64,000 nt of DNA from Phycisphaerales bacterium (GTDB lineage: Bacteria; Planctomycetota; Phycisphaerae; WQYP01). The notes under the pieces were generated by a model. The model ran no database searches. It saw only the letters and a program-made list of their open reading frames with translations, and was not told the origin of the DNA. Where the stretch lies: positions 14,400 to 78,399 of the forward strand of contig DAIDJN010000019.1 in the NCBI GenBank assembly GCA_027451365.1, given 5' to 3'. The translations under genes were made by a program, and so were the position numbers. Below are positions 12,458 through 21,747 of this stretch, one piece after another. Each line of letters begins with the position of its first letter. Position 1 is the stretch's first letter.

Positions 12458-12769
12458 ATGGCAGACAAAGCACCAACGAAGAGTGAAATTCTTTCGGCCA
12501 TTTCCGCGGAGACGGAACTTTCGCGCAAGCAGGTCGCGTCCGTGATGGAAGCGATGGCGGGCCTCATCAGCAAGAACGTGGGCAAAAAAGGTCCAGGCCT
12601 TTTTGTAGTCCCGGGCCTGATGAAAATTACCGTCATCAACAAGCCCGCCACCAAAGCTCGCAAAGGTATCAATCCGTTCACCAAAGAAGAAGTCATGTTC
12701 AAAGCCAAGCCGGCTCGCCGCGTCATCAAAGTGCGCCCGCTTAAGGCTCTTAAAGACATGGCTAAATAA
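12458..12769 (+). CDS. HU-family DNA-binding protein
   Basis: MADKAPTKSEI...PGLMKI...ARKGINPFTKE...KAKPARRVIKVRPLKALKD (HU/IHF arm motif); AAGGA RBS. Confidence 0.92.
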   Translation: MADKAPTKSEILSAISAETELSRKQVASVMEAMAGLISKNVGKKGPGLFVVPGLMKITVINKPATKARKGINPFTKEEVMFKAKPARRVIKVRPLKALKDMAK

Positions 12770-13223
12770 GTTCGCACCAGAATTTCTGAAGCTGATCATG
12801 CGAGCCGGTGGCTGCGGTTGCCTGCGGGCATGATCTTCGGAAGCCTGGGATATTGCCACGGACCGAATGATGTTGATTGTCTCTGGCCTGTTTAAACAGA
12901 CCGGCGGACATGCGATGCAGTCGCGTTCTTGGTGGCGATGTTGGGTGTTGCCGTGTCGTGCGTTACCGGTTTACGGTTCCGCTGACATTGGCGGCGATGC
13001 CTGAAATTGGCGGTTGTGCGGAAATCATTTGGACTGCGCGCGGTTTTCATGGCTTGTCCATGTTGATGGCGTCTGTTCTATGAAGACCAATTTGTTTAGC
13101 CGATCAATTGGGTATTTAGTTCACTGTGTTTAATTTGCGTTGAATGCTGCCTGGTCGGCAATTCGGCAGGCAACTTTCAGCCGGGTCACCATCAACTCGA
13201 CGTGATCTGATAGACATTTATTT

Positions 13224-13263
13224 CCCATGCCGCGGTTCGACCCGCGGCATGGGTTTCTTTTTT
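13224..13263 (+). terminator. Intrinsic terminator
   Basis: Perfect 12-bp stem CCCATGCCGCGG-ttcgac-CCGCGGCATGGG followed by TTTCTTTTTT. Confidence 0.8.
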
Positions 13264-13460
13264 ATCCCCTCCGACCAGCGTCCCGGCCAATGCTCCCATC
13301 GCGATCTGCTTGCCAGGTTTTGATTGCAGCTAAAAGCTGTGGTCTGATAAGGCCCGTCCTTAAACATGTCAGGTCATAAAATTGACGGCCGAGGCGATGA
13401 AAGCTATCCTGCGCCTGCCGTACAGGATGGTTATCGTGTCGCTTGGAGAAATTTATATAT

Positions 13461-15278
13461 ATGGCAAATCGACGACAATTTCTGAAAATAATCACTACCG
13501 CCGCTGTCGCCTCTTTAGCCGCTGCGCGAACCGATGCGGTGGCGGTCCCGACCACTGGACGTGCCGCATCCGTATCGCGGGCAAACAAGACCATCTTCGG
13601 TGAAAATGTGTACGTTTTCGATGCGGAAATGCCTGCCGATGGAATCAACCATATCACCCGAGAAGTTTTCGGGAAGATGGAATCGAATCAGTTTGCATCG
13701 CAAGGGTATGCATTCCTGTTCAAACCGGGTAAATACCGTGTGAATTTTAATGTCGGCTTTTATACGGAAGTCGCGGGCCTGGGAAAAAATCCTGACGATG
13801 TACTTATTGACGGCGGTGTGAACATCAATGCCCAGTGGAGTGGCGGAGCCGCCCTGGTCAACTTCTGGCGGACAATCAGTAACTTTGCTGTGCTGCCCTC
13901 GGCTACCGGCGGTACGACGCGCATTGCCGTGTCGCAAGCCTCGCCTATGCGACGTTTGCACGTGAAGGGCGATCTTAACCTCTTCGACGTGTGGAAGTCA
14001 TGTCATTGCGGCGCCGGCTACGCAAGTGGCGGGTTTCTGGCGGATTCAGTGGTGGATGGCAAAGTGGTGCCCGCGTCACAACAGCAATGGTTGGCGCGCA
14101 ACAGCAAGTGGTCAGCCTGGAGCAACGCCGTGTGGAACATGGTGTTTGTAGGGTGTCAACATGCTCCGGGGAACACATTTCCCAATCCTGCCTATACGGT
14201 GGTTCACCGGACGCCGGTGATTCGTGAGAAGCCATATTTATATGTCGATAAATCTGGCGATTTCGCGGTCTTTGTTCCCGCGCTGCGGCACAACACCATT
14301 GGAGTGTCCTGGGCTTCGGGTGCAACGCCGGGAGCATCAATTCCGATAGAGCAATTTTATATCGCGCACCCCGCCAAAGACTCGGCCGCCAGCCTGAACA
14401 GGGCGCTGGCGGATGGCAGGCATGTTATTTTCACACCCGGCACATACGAATTAAGTGACACACTTCGAGTGACCCGCCCGAACACCATACTTCTGGGTTT
14501 GGCCGTGCCGTCGCTGAAAGCCATGACCGGGCGGCCCGCGGTTTCGGTTTCTGATGTGGACGGCGTGACCATTGCCGGGCTTATTGTGGATGCCGGTCCG
14601 GTCAACTCTCCCTGCCTGCTGGAACTGGGATCTGTCGGCAGTGCGGACGATCACTCGGCTAACCCAAGCTTTCTTTATGACTTAACCGTGCGCACGGCCG
14701 GGCCGGCGGCAGGACGCAACGACGCGGGAATTGTCATTCACAGTAGCCATGTGGTGACTGATAATATCTGGATTTGGCGGGCGGATCATGGCAACGGCGT
14801 CGGGTGGAGGGCAAATGCCACAAAACACGGACTGGTGGTGAATGCCGACGACGTGACCTGTTATGGATTATTCAATGAACACCACGAGGAATACCAGACG
14901 CTTTGGAATGGCAACCGTGGTCGAGTGTACATGTATCAATCTGAAATGCCGTACGATCCGCCCGACCAGGCATCATGGATGGCTGGCCAGACCGATGGCT
15001 ACGCATCGTACAAAGTGGCCGATACCGTGACCGATCACGAGGCCTGGGGATTGGGAATTTACTGCTTTTTTCGTGATGCTGTTATTAAATGCCAGAGCGC
15101 CATTCAGGCACCGTCTGTCCGAGGGGTTCGTTTGCACGATATGACGACGGTCTGGCTAAGTGGAAAGAAGGGCAGCCAGATCGATCACATTGTCAATCGC
15201 ATCGGCGGCCGGGTGTACGGCAATACTCCCGCTTCGGCCATGCGACAGACCTTAAATGAATTCGGTGGCATCGGCTGA
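13461..15278 (+). CDS. Tat-exported GH55-like (bacterial exo-beta-1,3-glucanase-type) glycoside hydrolase
   Basis: Tat signal NRRQFLK. Motifs FLFKPGKY, VGFYTEVAGLG..PDDV, NFWR, SQASPMRR, SQQQWLARNS, WIWRADHG, YQSEMPYDPP resemble actinobacterial GH55 laminarinases. Confidence 0.8.
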   Translation: MANRRQFLKIITTAAVASLAAARTDAVAVPTTGRAASVSRANKTIFGENVYVFDAEMPADGINHITREVFGKMESNQFASQGYAFLFKPGKYRVNFNVGFYTEVAGLGKNPDDVLIDGGVNINAQWSGGAALVNFWRTISNFAVLPSATGGTTRIAVSQASPMRRLHVKGDLNLFDVWKSCHCGAGYASGGFLADSVVDGKVVPASQQQWLARNSKWSAWSNAVWNMVFVGCQHAPGNTFPNPAYTVVHRTPVIREKPYLYVDKSGDFAVFVPALRHNTIGVSWASGATPGASIPIEQFYIAHPAKDSAASLNRALADGRHVIFTPGTYELSDTLRVTRPNTILLGLAVPSLKAMTGRPAVSVSDVDGVTIAGLIVDAGPVNSPCLLELGSVGSADDHSANPSFLYDLTVRTAGPAAGRNDAGIVIHSSHVVTDNIWIWRADHGNGVGWRANATKHGLVVNADDVTCYGLFNEHHEEYQTLWNGNRGRVYMYQSEMPYDPPDQASWMAGQTDGYASYKVADTVTDHEAWGLGIYCFFRDAVIKCQSAIQAPSVRGVRLHDMTTVWLSGKKGSQIDHIVNRIGGRVYGNTPASAMRQTLNEFGGIG

Positions 15279-15452
15279 TACCCGTGTTGTCAGCGACCGT
15301 TTCACGCCCGTGAGCCGTGACGGGGTTTTCCCCCTTTCACGCCCCGCAGGCCAGATCACCATATCCCGCGTATGTGCGGCCACAAGTCACGCTTGTAATC
15401 GGTCCGCTTATTTTTGATGGTGCGCAGCGGCATCAGGCTGCCGCAGCCCGCT

Positions 15453-17540
15453 TTATAATCCTTGTCCGCCGTGCAGGGTGTCCAGCGACTGATACTTTTT
15501 TTCCCGGGCGATGCGCTTCAGAAGTCTGATCCGCAATTCCTGTTCGTGGCGCGGCAGTTTTGTTGCGGGTGTCAGCAGCTTAATCCCCTGCTTCCAGCTA
15601 TCAAGTGCTAAGCTGTTCTCATTTAGCTTATGGAGCGTATCGCCAAGGTGCAGAAATTCCGCGGCATTTTCACCGCCGGGAAGTGCCACGGCAATACGCA
15701 ATTCTTCAAGTGCCCGCCGGAAATGCCCAAGCCGATAGTAAATCCATCCCAGCGTGTCACGGGAAGCGGTATCCCGCGGGTATTCCCTCACCGACAGTTT
15801 CGCCATGCCCAGTGACTTGGTCAGATGCATTCGCCGCTGCGCCCAGAAAAACGCCAGATTATTGTTCGCTTCGGCATTGCTCGGCTCGATAGCAAGAATC
15901 CTTTTCATCTGTGTGACATAAGTGGTCGTATCGCCCTGTTCGTAGCTCAGGTCCGCAAAGGCTTGAATGTCCGCGATTCGCGGCGCGGGCTGGTAGGCCA
16001 GATTGTGGAGGACAGCCAGCGCCCGCTTTGGCCTGTTTACCTGCTCCAGAAAATGTACATTCAGGCGTTTGACCCAATTCCGATTCGGCAATTTCGAGCT
16101 TAACTTTGCCAGCCAATCCGCTGCTGCGATCGAATGGTGCAGTTGCAGAAGCAAGTCCACATACATGACCTGACGGGAACTGGAACGAAATTCCCGCTCC
16201 GCCGCCGCGCGGACGCTGGCCATCGCCTTGTGAGGATGGCCGTTCGCAAGCAGGCTTTGCAGAAGAGCCGCCATGAGCGTCGGATCATCCGGGCGTTGAA
16301 AAAGAGCTGCGTGAATATCCTTTAAGGATTGTGCGAACGCATGACGGGCAAGGTCGCTTTTCCAGAGAGCCATCGCGATTCTTTTATCACGCGGATTGTG
16401 CTTCGCGGCGTTTCGCAGCAGTTTATCCGCAAGAATACTGTTTCCAGCGACCAGCGCATGATTTGCCGCAAAAACGATGCTGCGGGAATCCGTCGGAAAA
16501 TTCACCGCGTAAAGGTGTTCCAGCCTCTGTGTCAGGACGGTATTGTTTTTATTTTGCGCGATTCGCAATAGGCCGCGGTAAGCCGGCGCGAAATCCGGAA
16601 ACAAATTCAGCAGAATAAGGAGTTCATGAATTTCCGGGCGTTGCTGGCCGCGTGCCCGATATACTCTGGCCAGCAGCCAATATCCCAGCAGCCTATGTTT
16701 ATTCATTCGCTGATATGCTGTCGCTAATCGCAATGCGGAGTCTGTCCGGTCCTGACCCAGGTCCATGGCCAATTGCATGACCAGCCGGTCCGGGTGGTGG
16801 CTCAAATGCCGGATGCCGGTACGCAATTCTTTACTGGCGGCGGCAAAATCGTGCTGCAGAAATAATTCCCCGGCAATAAATTTCTGTATGCCCGGCAATT
16901 GCGAATCTGAATTTTCGGCCGCGTATCCGAAGCCCGTGGCCGCCAGATGGTCTCCCGCCGCGCTGGCCACAATCGCCAGCAAAAAGTACCGCCAGGCTCT
17001 TTTCCGCTGAATTAGCGTGCTGGAAATCCGATTTTGTCCGACGGCCGCCGAGGCGGGCAATCCGGTGTGGTGGTCGCCCGTTGCACGTACCAGGTTGGCC
17101 AACTCGCGTTGCGTGGGATATGGCCCGATCAGCACATACAAATCGTTCCGCACCACGCCCGCAGTTAGGATGCCATTGGCCGCCGCACCGGCCAGCAGTT
17201 GGAGTGCCGCCCCAGTCCTGCGCTGCTGTCGGGACAGGGAAAGATATTCCAGCATTGTGGCCGTGTCAGTCGGATGAGCATTCAGATATTGCTGAAAATG
17301 TCGCAGGCTCGCCGCCCACTCTCCTGTGGTTAATTCGTGCCGGGCTTTCGCAAGAAGCCGCAGCATCGCTGGATTCACCGCCCCCTGGGCGGCCGGTTTG
17401 ATGGCGGCCACCGTTTCGGTCTGGCACATTGCGGCGTTTGCCGCCAGAAATACCGCAGCGGCACCAGCCCACTTCAGTAGCCATCCAACACGCCAAAGCC
17501 GGGGTTTGCGTTGTGCCGAATAGCGGGTGGTGATCTTCAT
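15453..17540 (-). CDS. Secreted tetratricopeptide-repeat protein
   Basis: N-terminal signal-like segment. C-terminal TPRs (AEANNNLAFFWA, DTLGWIYYRLG, HLGDTLHKL). GGAG RBS before ATG 17540. Confidence 0.8.
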   Translation of the reverse strand: MKITTRYSAQRKPRLWRVGWLLKWAGAAAVFLAANAAMCQTETVAAIKPAAQGAVNPAMLRLLAKARHELTTGEWAASLRHFQQYLNAHPTDTATMLEYLSLSRQQRRTGAALQLLAGAAANGILTAGVVRNDLYVLIGPYPTQRELANLVRATGDHHTGLPASAAVGQNRISSTLIQRKRAWRYFLLAIVASAAGDHLAATGFGYAAENSDSQLPGIQKFIAGELFLQHDFAAASKELRTGIRHLSHHPDRLVMQLAMDLGQDRTDSALRLATAYQRMNKHRLLGYWLLARVYRARGQQRPEIHELLILLNLFPDFAPAYRGLLRIAQNKNNTVLTQRLEHLYAVNFPTDSRSIVFAANHALVAGNSILADKLLRNAAKHNPRDKRIAMALWKSDLARHAFAQSLKDIHAALFQRPDDPTLMAALLQSLLANGHPHKAMASVRAAAEREFRSSSRQVMYVDLLLQLHHSIAAADWLAKLSSKLPNRNWVKRLNVHFLEQVNRPKRALAVLHNLAYQPAPRIADIQAFADLSYEQGDTTTYVTQMKRILAIEPSNAEANNNLAFFWAQRRMHLTKSLGMAKLSVREYPRDTASRDTLGWIYYRLGHFRRALEELRIAVALPGGENAAEFLHLGDTLHKLNENSLALDSWKQGIKLLTPATKLPRHEQELRIRLLKRIAREKKYQSLDTLHGGQGL

Positions 17541-17875
17541 ATTCGATAACTCCGGAATCAACAGTCAGCATATTGTAGTCCGTTATCGGCGTATCGTCGC
17601 GAAGCCCGACATTCGGCATTTATCGGATCTGCCCGTCTTGGTCCGAAGTTGTCCGATTGCGTGCGGAATGGTTCGTGAAGAACAACTGTGAAAGTCTGTC
17701 TGCCGGCTTGTGACCGTGGTCCCAGGCCGCTTGGAATACTCCATCTGTTCGCTTTCGGTGGATCGTCCGCTCACACATAAGTGTAGGTTGAGCCTTCCGG
17801 TAAAAAGGGGCACTCTTTTTGCTTGCCGCCAGAACGAGCATTTTTGTGGAGGCGGTCGTCCCACGTGCGTGCCTT

Positions 17876-19324
17876 TTATTTGCCGCCGGCGCGGGGCTCG
17901 GCTGGTGAAAATCCAATGGAGCGCAACCTTAGCCATGCCCCCGGTTCGCCGGCCTTCACGGGCGCGATCATAATCTGCGCAATGTGGCCCCGATAAGCGG
18001 TCGAGGCACTTAGTCTGATGGCATAATGGTGATAATGTCCATCGCCGATGATTTTAAAAGCAATGCTGCGTTCCGCGGCAAAGCCCGTCTGCCGCGTGTT
18101 GCGCCAGAACATCCTGCCGCTTTTGCGGCTGGTTTTAAAAGCCGCGTCCATGTAGAGAACCGGAGCCTGCCGGGCCGGCCAGAAAGCGGAAGGACCGACC
18201 AATTCCGGGTGGTGCCCGGCAAGCGAAATATTCAGCCGTCCTTTGACAGGCCAGCCTGTATCGATTGCGTCGTGATAGACCCAGCCCTGCCGATCGCGGG
18301 TAAATGTCCATACCGGTGGGCGCGGCCGCTTTGCATGCCGATAAACAAAATCACGAATATCCTTCAGATTGCCCACAATTAAAACATAATGGTATTGATA
18401 TATAATATTGTGATCAAGAATCACAGATTGGTTGGGAGCCATATAGCCCGTTTGAGCGCTGGCAGGACCGCCGTGGCCGGTTTGCGCGCCAAAAAAGCCG
18501 CCGGAGAAATCAAAAGTACCCGGTGACCAGACGCCGATTCCGTTGTCATTGCTGTTTAACATGGCCGCCCAATTTTCTGTGGCGTGAAACGGAATCCAGG
18601 GGTCGCCGCGCAGTTTGCCCGCGAAAACGGCCTGTTCGCGGGCCAATGCTTGGCGCGTGTCAAGGAACGTGAGTGGCCGATGGGTGAAAGGCCGATTGCC
18701 GGTATATGAGACCAGCCGCCAGTATTTGCCAACAGTATAAATGGCTGGGCATTCCTGCGGCCGTCCGGGGTATTGCGTGTGATCCATCCGGTGAAGAATG
18801 GTGGCGCACCGTACATAGATGGCGTTGTTGTGGAGTCTAATAGTGCATTGAAACGTGCAATGTGCCGGAACATTTTTCAGCGGCCAGATCATCGGAATAC
18901 AGCGTACCACCAGACGCGACGCGGTCTGGTGGAAGTAGGTTATTTTGCTCCGAAAGCCGAAGGCGTCGCCGCACTGAATTGGATTCCATCCGAGGCCGCG
19001 CCATGCCGGCGCAATTATTTTGCCGGGTGGAATATACGGATTCGGGCCTGAATAATCAGACATTTGAATCTCTCTGCCAAGATCGCAATGGTTAATCAGA
19101 TTGGTCTTTTTTCCAGACCGGGAAATACTGGTGATCGCGCCACCCATGGCCAGATTGACACCCACCCGCAGTTTGCCATTATCCAGATAGCGCATGACCG
19201 GCGCGGGTGCGGGCTTGGCAAAACAGCGACTGATTTCCAGTCCGCGGCCAGGCATCAGAATGATAATTGCGACACAGGCCATCCAGCGAAACGGGTAGGA
19301 GTAAATCATATCTGTTCCTGTCAC
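17876..19324 (-). CDS. Secreted hypothetical protein, possibly carbohydrate-active or carbohydrate-binding
   Basis: 482-aa ORF with a signal-like N-terminus and Trp/Gly-rich conserved-looking blocks (GGAITSIS, DLGREIQMSDYSGP, WNPIQCGD). The C-terminus resembles a beta-sandwich/CBM (F.I.GDG.YH.Y). The start may be ATG 19309. Confidence 0.7.
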   Translation of the reverse strand: MTGTDMIYSYPFRWMACVAIIILMPGRGLEISRCFAKPAPAPVMRYLDNGKLRVGVNLAMGGAITSISRSGKKTNLINHCDLGREIQMSDYSGPNPYIPPGKIIAPAWRGLGWNPIQCGDAFGFRSKITYFHQTASRLVVRCIPMIWPLKNVPAHCTFQCTIRLHNNAIYVRCATILHRMDHTQYPGRPQECPAIYTVGKYWRLVSYTGNRPFTHRPLTFLDTRQALAREQAVFAGKLRGDPWIPFHATENWAAMLNSNDNGIGVWSPGTFDFSGGFFGAQTGHGGPASAQTGYMAPNQSVILDHNIIYQYHYVLIVGNLKDIRDFVYRHAKRPRPPVWTFTRDRQGWVYHDAIDTGWPVKGRLNISLAGHHPELVGPSAFWPARQAPVLYMDAAFKTSRKSGRMFWRNTRQTGFAAERSIAFKIIGDGHYHHYAIRLSASTAYRGHIAQIMIAPVKAGEPGAWLRLRSIGFSPAEPRAGGK

Positions 19325-20372
19325 CTCATACGACCAAAATGCGCAGTCCGCGTATCACCAACCGAAATCGGGAAGCGATCATGCACGCCCGTGATACACC
19401 GTCTGAACCGGTATCGCCATCTCCGCCCGCACAACCTGTTGAAAACCCGGCACAATGTTGGACTCCCGCGGATACGCCAGACTGCGCTGAAGGTCGTCAT
19501 TATTGACGCCCGGCATGGCGATTTCCTCCGGGACTTTCCTGCCGGTTTGCACGGATTATTCCAGCAAATCAGTCGCGAGCAGATCCTTGGCTATAAAACT
19601 TCAAACCGGGAATTGCATTGACCCGATTTACCCGCGGACGTCGGCCCTCCAGTTTTTCTTTCCGCGCTCACAATAATGAACGACCAATAGCGATTTTTGT
19701 TGCCGTCATTCCAGATTTGTGGCGGCTCTTAACGTATCTTCAAACCCGGCCCCTCTCATTCCCGCATACTCGTGGTAATAGTCACCAAAAAAGCAAATTG
19801 CCGGATGCCCAACCCTTGAAAATATTCCTTCGCCATGCGTCCTGCCGCGATGTTTCCCGCGCATAGCCGTGTTGTACGTTTAGTCGCAAAGCCCTCGGAT
19901 GGTTGTCCAAACGCGCATTGCGACAATCTTTCTATCAGTCACGACGGCCATTCTCTGGACTTATACCCTTATGAAAGCGCCTTTACAATTCACGAAATCA
20001 ACGCATGAACAGACAATACAATTGACGTGCGCCAGCTGCGCCTTGGCACAAGCCCGCGAACAGGCGCTTTCTTTGTGAATGCGGCCTATGACGCACCGGT
20101 AACTTTCCCAGGCTGGCTACAGCACAGACCACGGCTGTTCGTGAAGGCTCCATCGGGCAAGTGCCGGTATCATGTGCTGGCTGTCATTCCTATCATGACT
20201 CATGAATTGGCGGGGGTGGACGAATAAAGGCTGTCTCAATTCCCAATAAATATGCAAACCGCCGAACAAAATGGAGGTGTCGGACTTGGGCGGTTCGCTC
20301 AACACGGTACTGGAAAGCGCCCGCGACCAACGCCGCACGCTGGTGCAAGATTTGGTGACCGCCCAACACATA

Positions 20373-21707
20373 TTACCAGCCCGAGGGCTTTTTGATGGAA
20401 TACTGCGGGTCTTTTACAAGATGCAGAGAAGCCACTTTGTCCGGATGCGCGGGATTAAACCGGCCGGTTCCGGGACGGATGAATTTGGCCAGGCCAAGGT
20501 GGTCGGCGCGAATTCCGATCAGTACGCATTTGGCAATTTCATAGGCGCCGTAGTCGTCGTTATGCGTGCGGTCCACAAAGGCAATCGCAGATTTTTCGGC
20601 GCCAAGGGCGTTAAAAAATGTGGTGCTTAAGGCGTTGAGGTCAATCAGCGGCACATTCTGCTGTTTGGCAATGAGGCGCATTTCGGCGGGAAAGCCGTCC
20701 AGCGTGTTAATCTGTTTGCCATGTTTGTAAATGCGGCGGGCCATGGGGGTTACGAGTACGGGGATGGCACCTTTGGCGCGGGCACCATGAATCATGGTCA
20801 GCAGGGATTGCCGATATTCGTTTTTCGGACCCGCATGCGGGCCGCGTTCATGCTGGTCGTTGTGGCCGAATTCGATCAACATATAATCGCCGGGTTTAAT
20901 GAGACTCATTATTTTCTTATAGCGCTGCTCCCCGATAAAACTGTTGGCGGATTCGCCATCTTCGGCGTAGTTGTCCACCACCACACGGCGCGGAACAAAA
21001 AAGCGGGTGAACATCTGCCCCCAACTGCACCAGGGTTCAAAACGCTGATCGGTGTCGGTGGAATCTCCGGCAATGTAAACCGTTATTGGATGCCGGGATT
21101 TGGTAATCGTCATGGCGCACAGGCAGGCACGGGAATTGGCGAATTCAACAGTCAACTTGTTATCCCATTCCAGAGAACCGATTTCGCGACCTTTCAGTCG
21201 CACGCGGCCACCGGTGGAAATTTCCGGCACACGTGTATTGACCGTAAAGGTGCGGATCACGAAATGGCCTGGTTTGGTAACAATGCGGCGGAACATCAGA
21301 CGTCGCTGTTCGGCTTTTACTGTTGTGACGCTGGCTGCTTTGGCATCTCCCAGTGTGACGGTGACGTTATAATTGCCGGGCGCCAGCCGCACTGAAAAAA
21401 AGAATGGATGCCTGCTGGTTACAAAATGAGCGTCCAGACCGCGCGGCGTGTGCCGATTGACACCTTTGACCTTAAAACCAAGATCAAAACCGTAGCCGCG
21501 GCGGGGCGTATATTTTGTGTCGGGAAGAACCTGGATGTATCCGGGAACAGTCGTACCCGGTCCGAATTGAAATTTCAGCGGGGGTGTCAACTGGGCCGCG
21601 TGCGCCGCGGGAACCATATTCAGGGCAAGTAAAAGGCCGGTTGCCGCCGCAAACCGGTGCCCCAAAAAGCTTGCTGCAAACCTGCTGAATTGCGACATGT
21701 GGTTCAT
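20373..21707 (-). CDS. Rhamnogalacturonan acetylesterase-like SGNH esterase (CE12-like)
   Basis: Signal peptide, N-terminal beta-sandwich, and SGNH blocks IAGDST, WGQM, IEFGHND, DRTH. Confidence 0.88.
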   Translation of the reverse strand: MNHMSQFSRFAASFLGHRFAAATGLLLALNMVPAAHAAQLTPPLKFQFGPGTTVPGYIQVLPDTKYTPRRGYGFDLGFKVKGVNRHTPRGLDAHFVTSRHPFFFSVRLAPGNYNVTVTLGDAKAASVTTVKAEQRRLMFRRIVTKPGHFVIRTFTVNTRVPEISTGGRVRLKGREIGSLEWDNKLTVEFANSRACLCAMTITKSRHPITVYIAGDSTDTDQRFEPWCSWGQMFTRFFVPRRVVVDNYAEDGESANSFIGEQRYKKIMSLIKPGDYMLIEFGHNDQHERGPHAGPKNEYRQSLLTMIHGARAKGAIPVLVTPMARRIYKHGKQINTLDGFPAEMRLIAKQQNVPLIDLNALSTTFFNALGAEKSAIAFVDRTHNDDYGAYEIAKCVLIGIRADHLGLAKFIRPGTGRFNPAHPDKVASLHLVKDPQYSIKKPSGW

Positions 21708-21747
21708 TTAAATTTCCTTGCTAAGATTTACGCGGCATTTCTATGGG

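Noticed and set aside
19325..20372. About 1 kb intergenic gap with short ORFs
   Set aside because: No recognisable protein motif, RNA motif or repeat by eye; weak matches to the putative AraC 18-mer (about 10/18) are not convincing.
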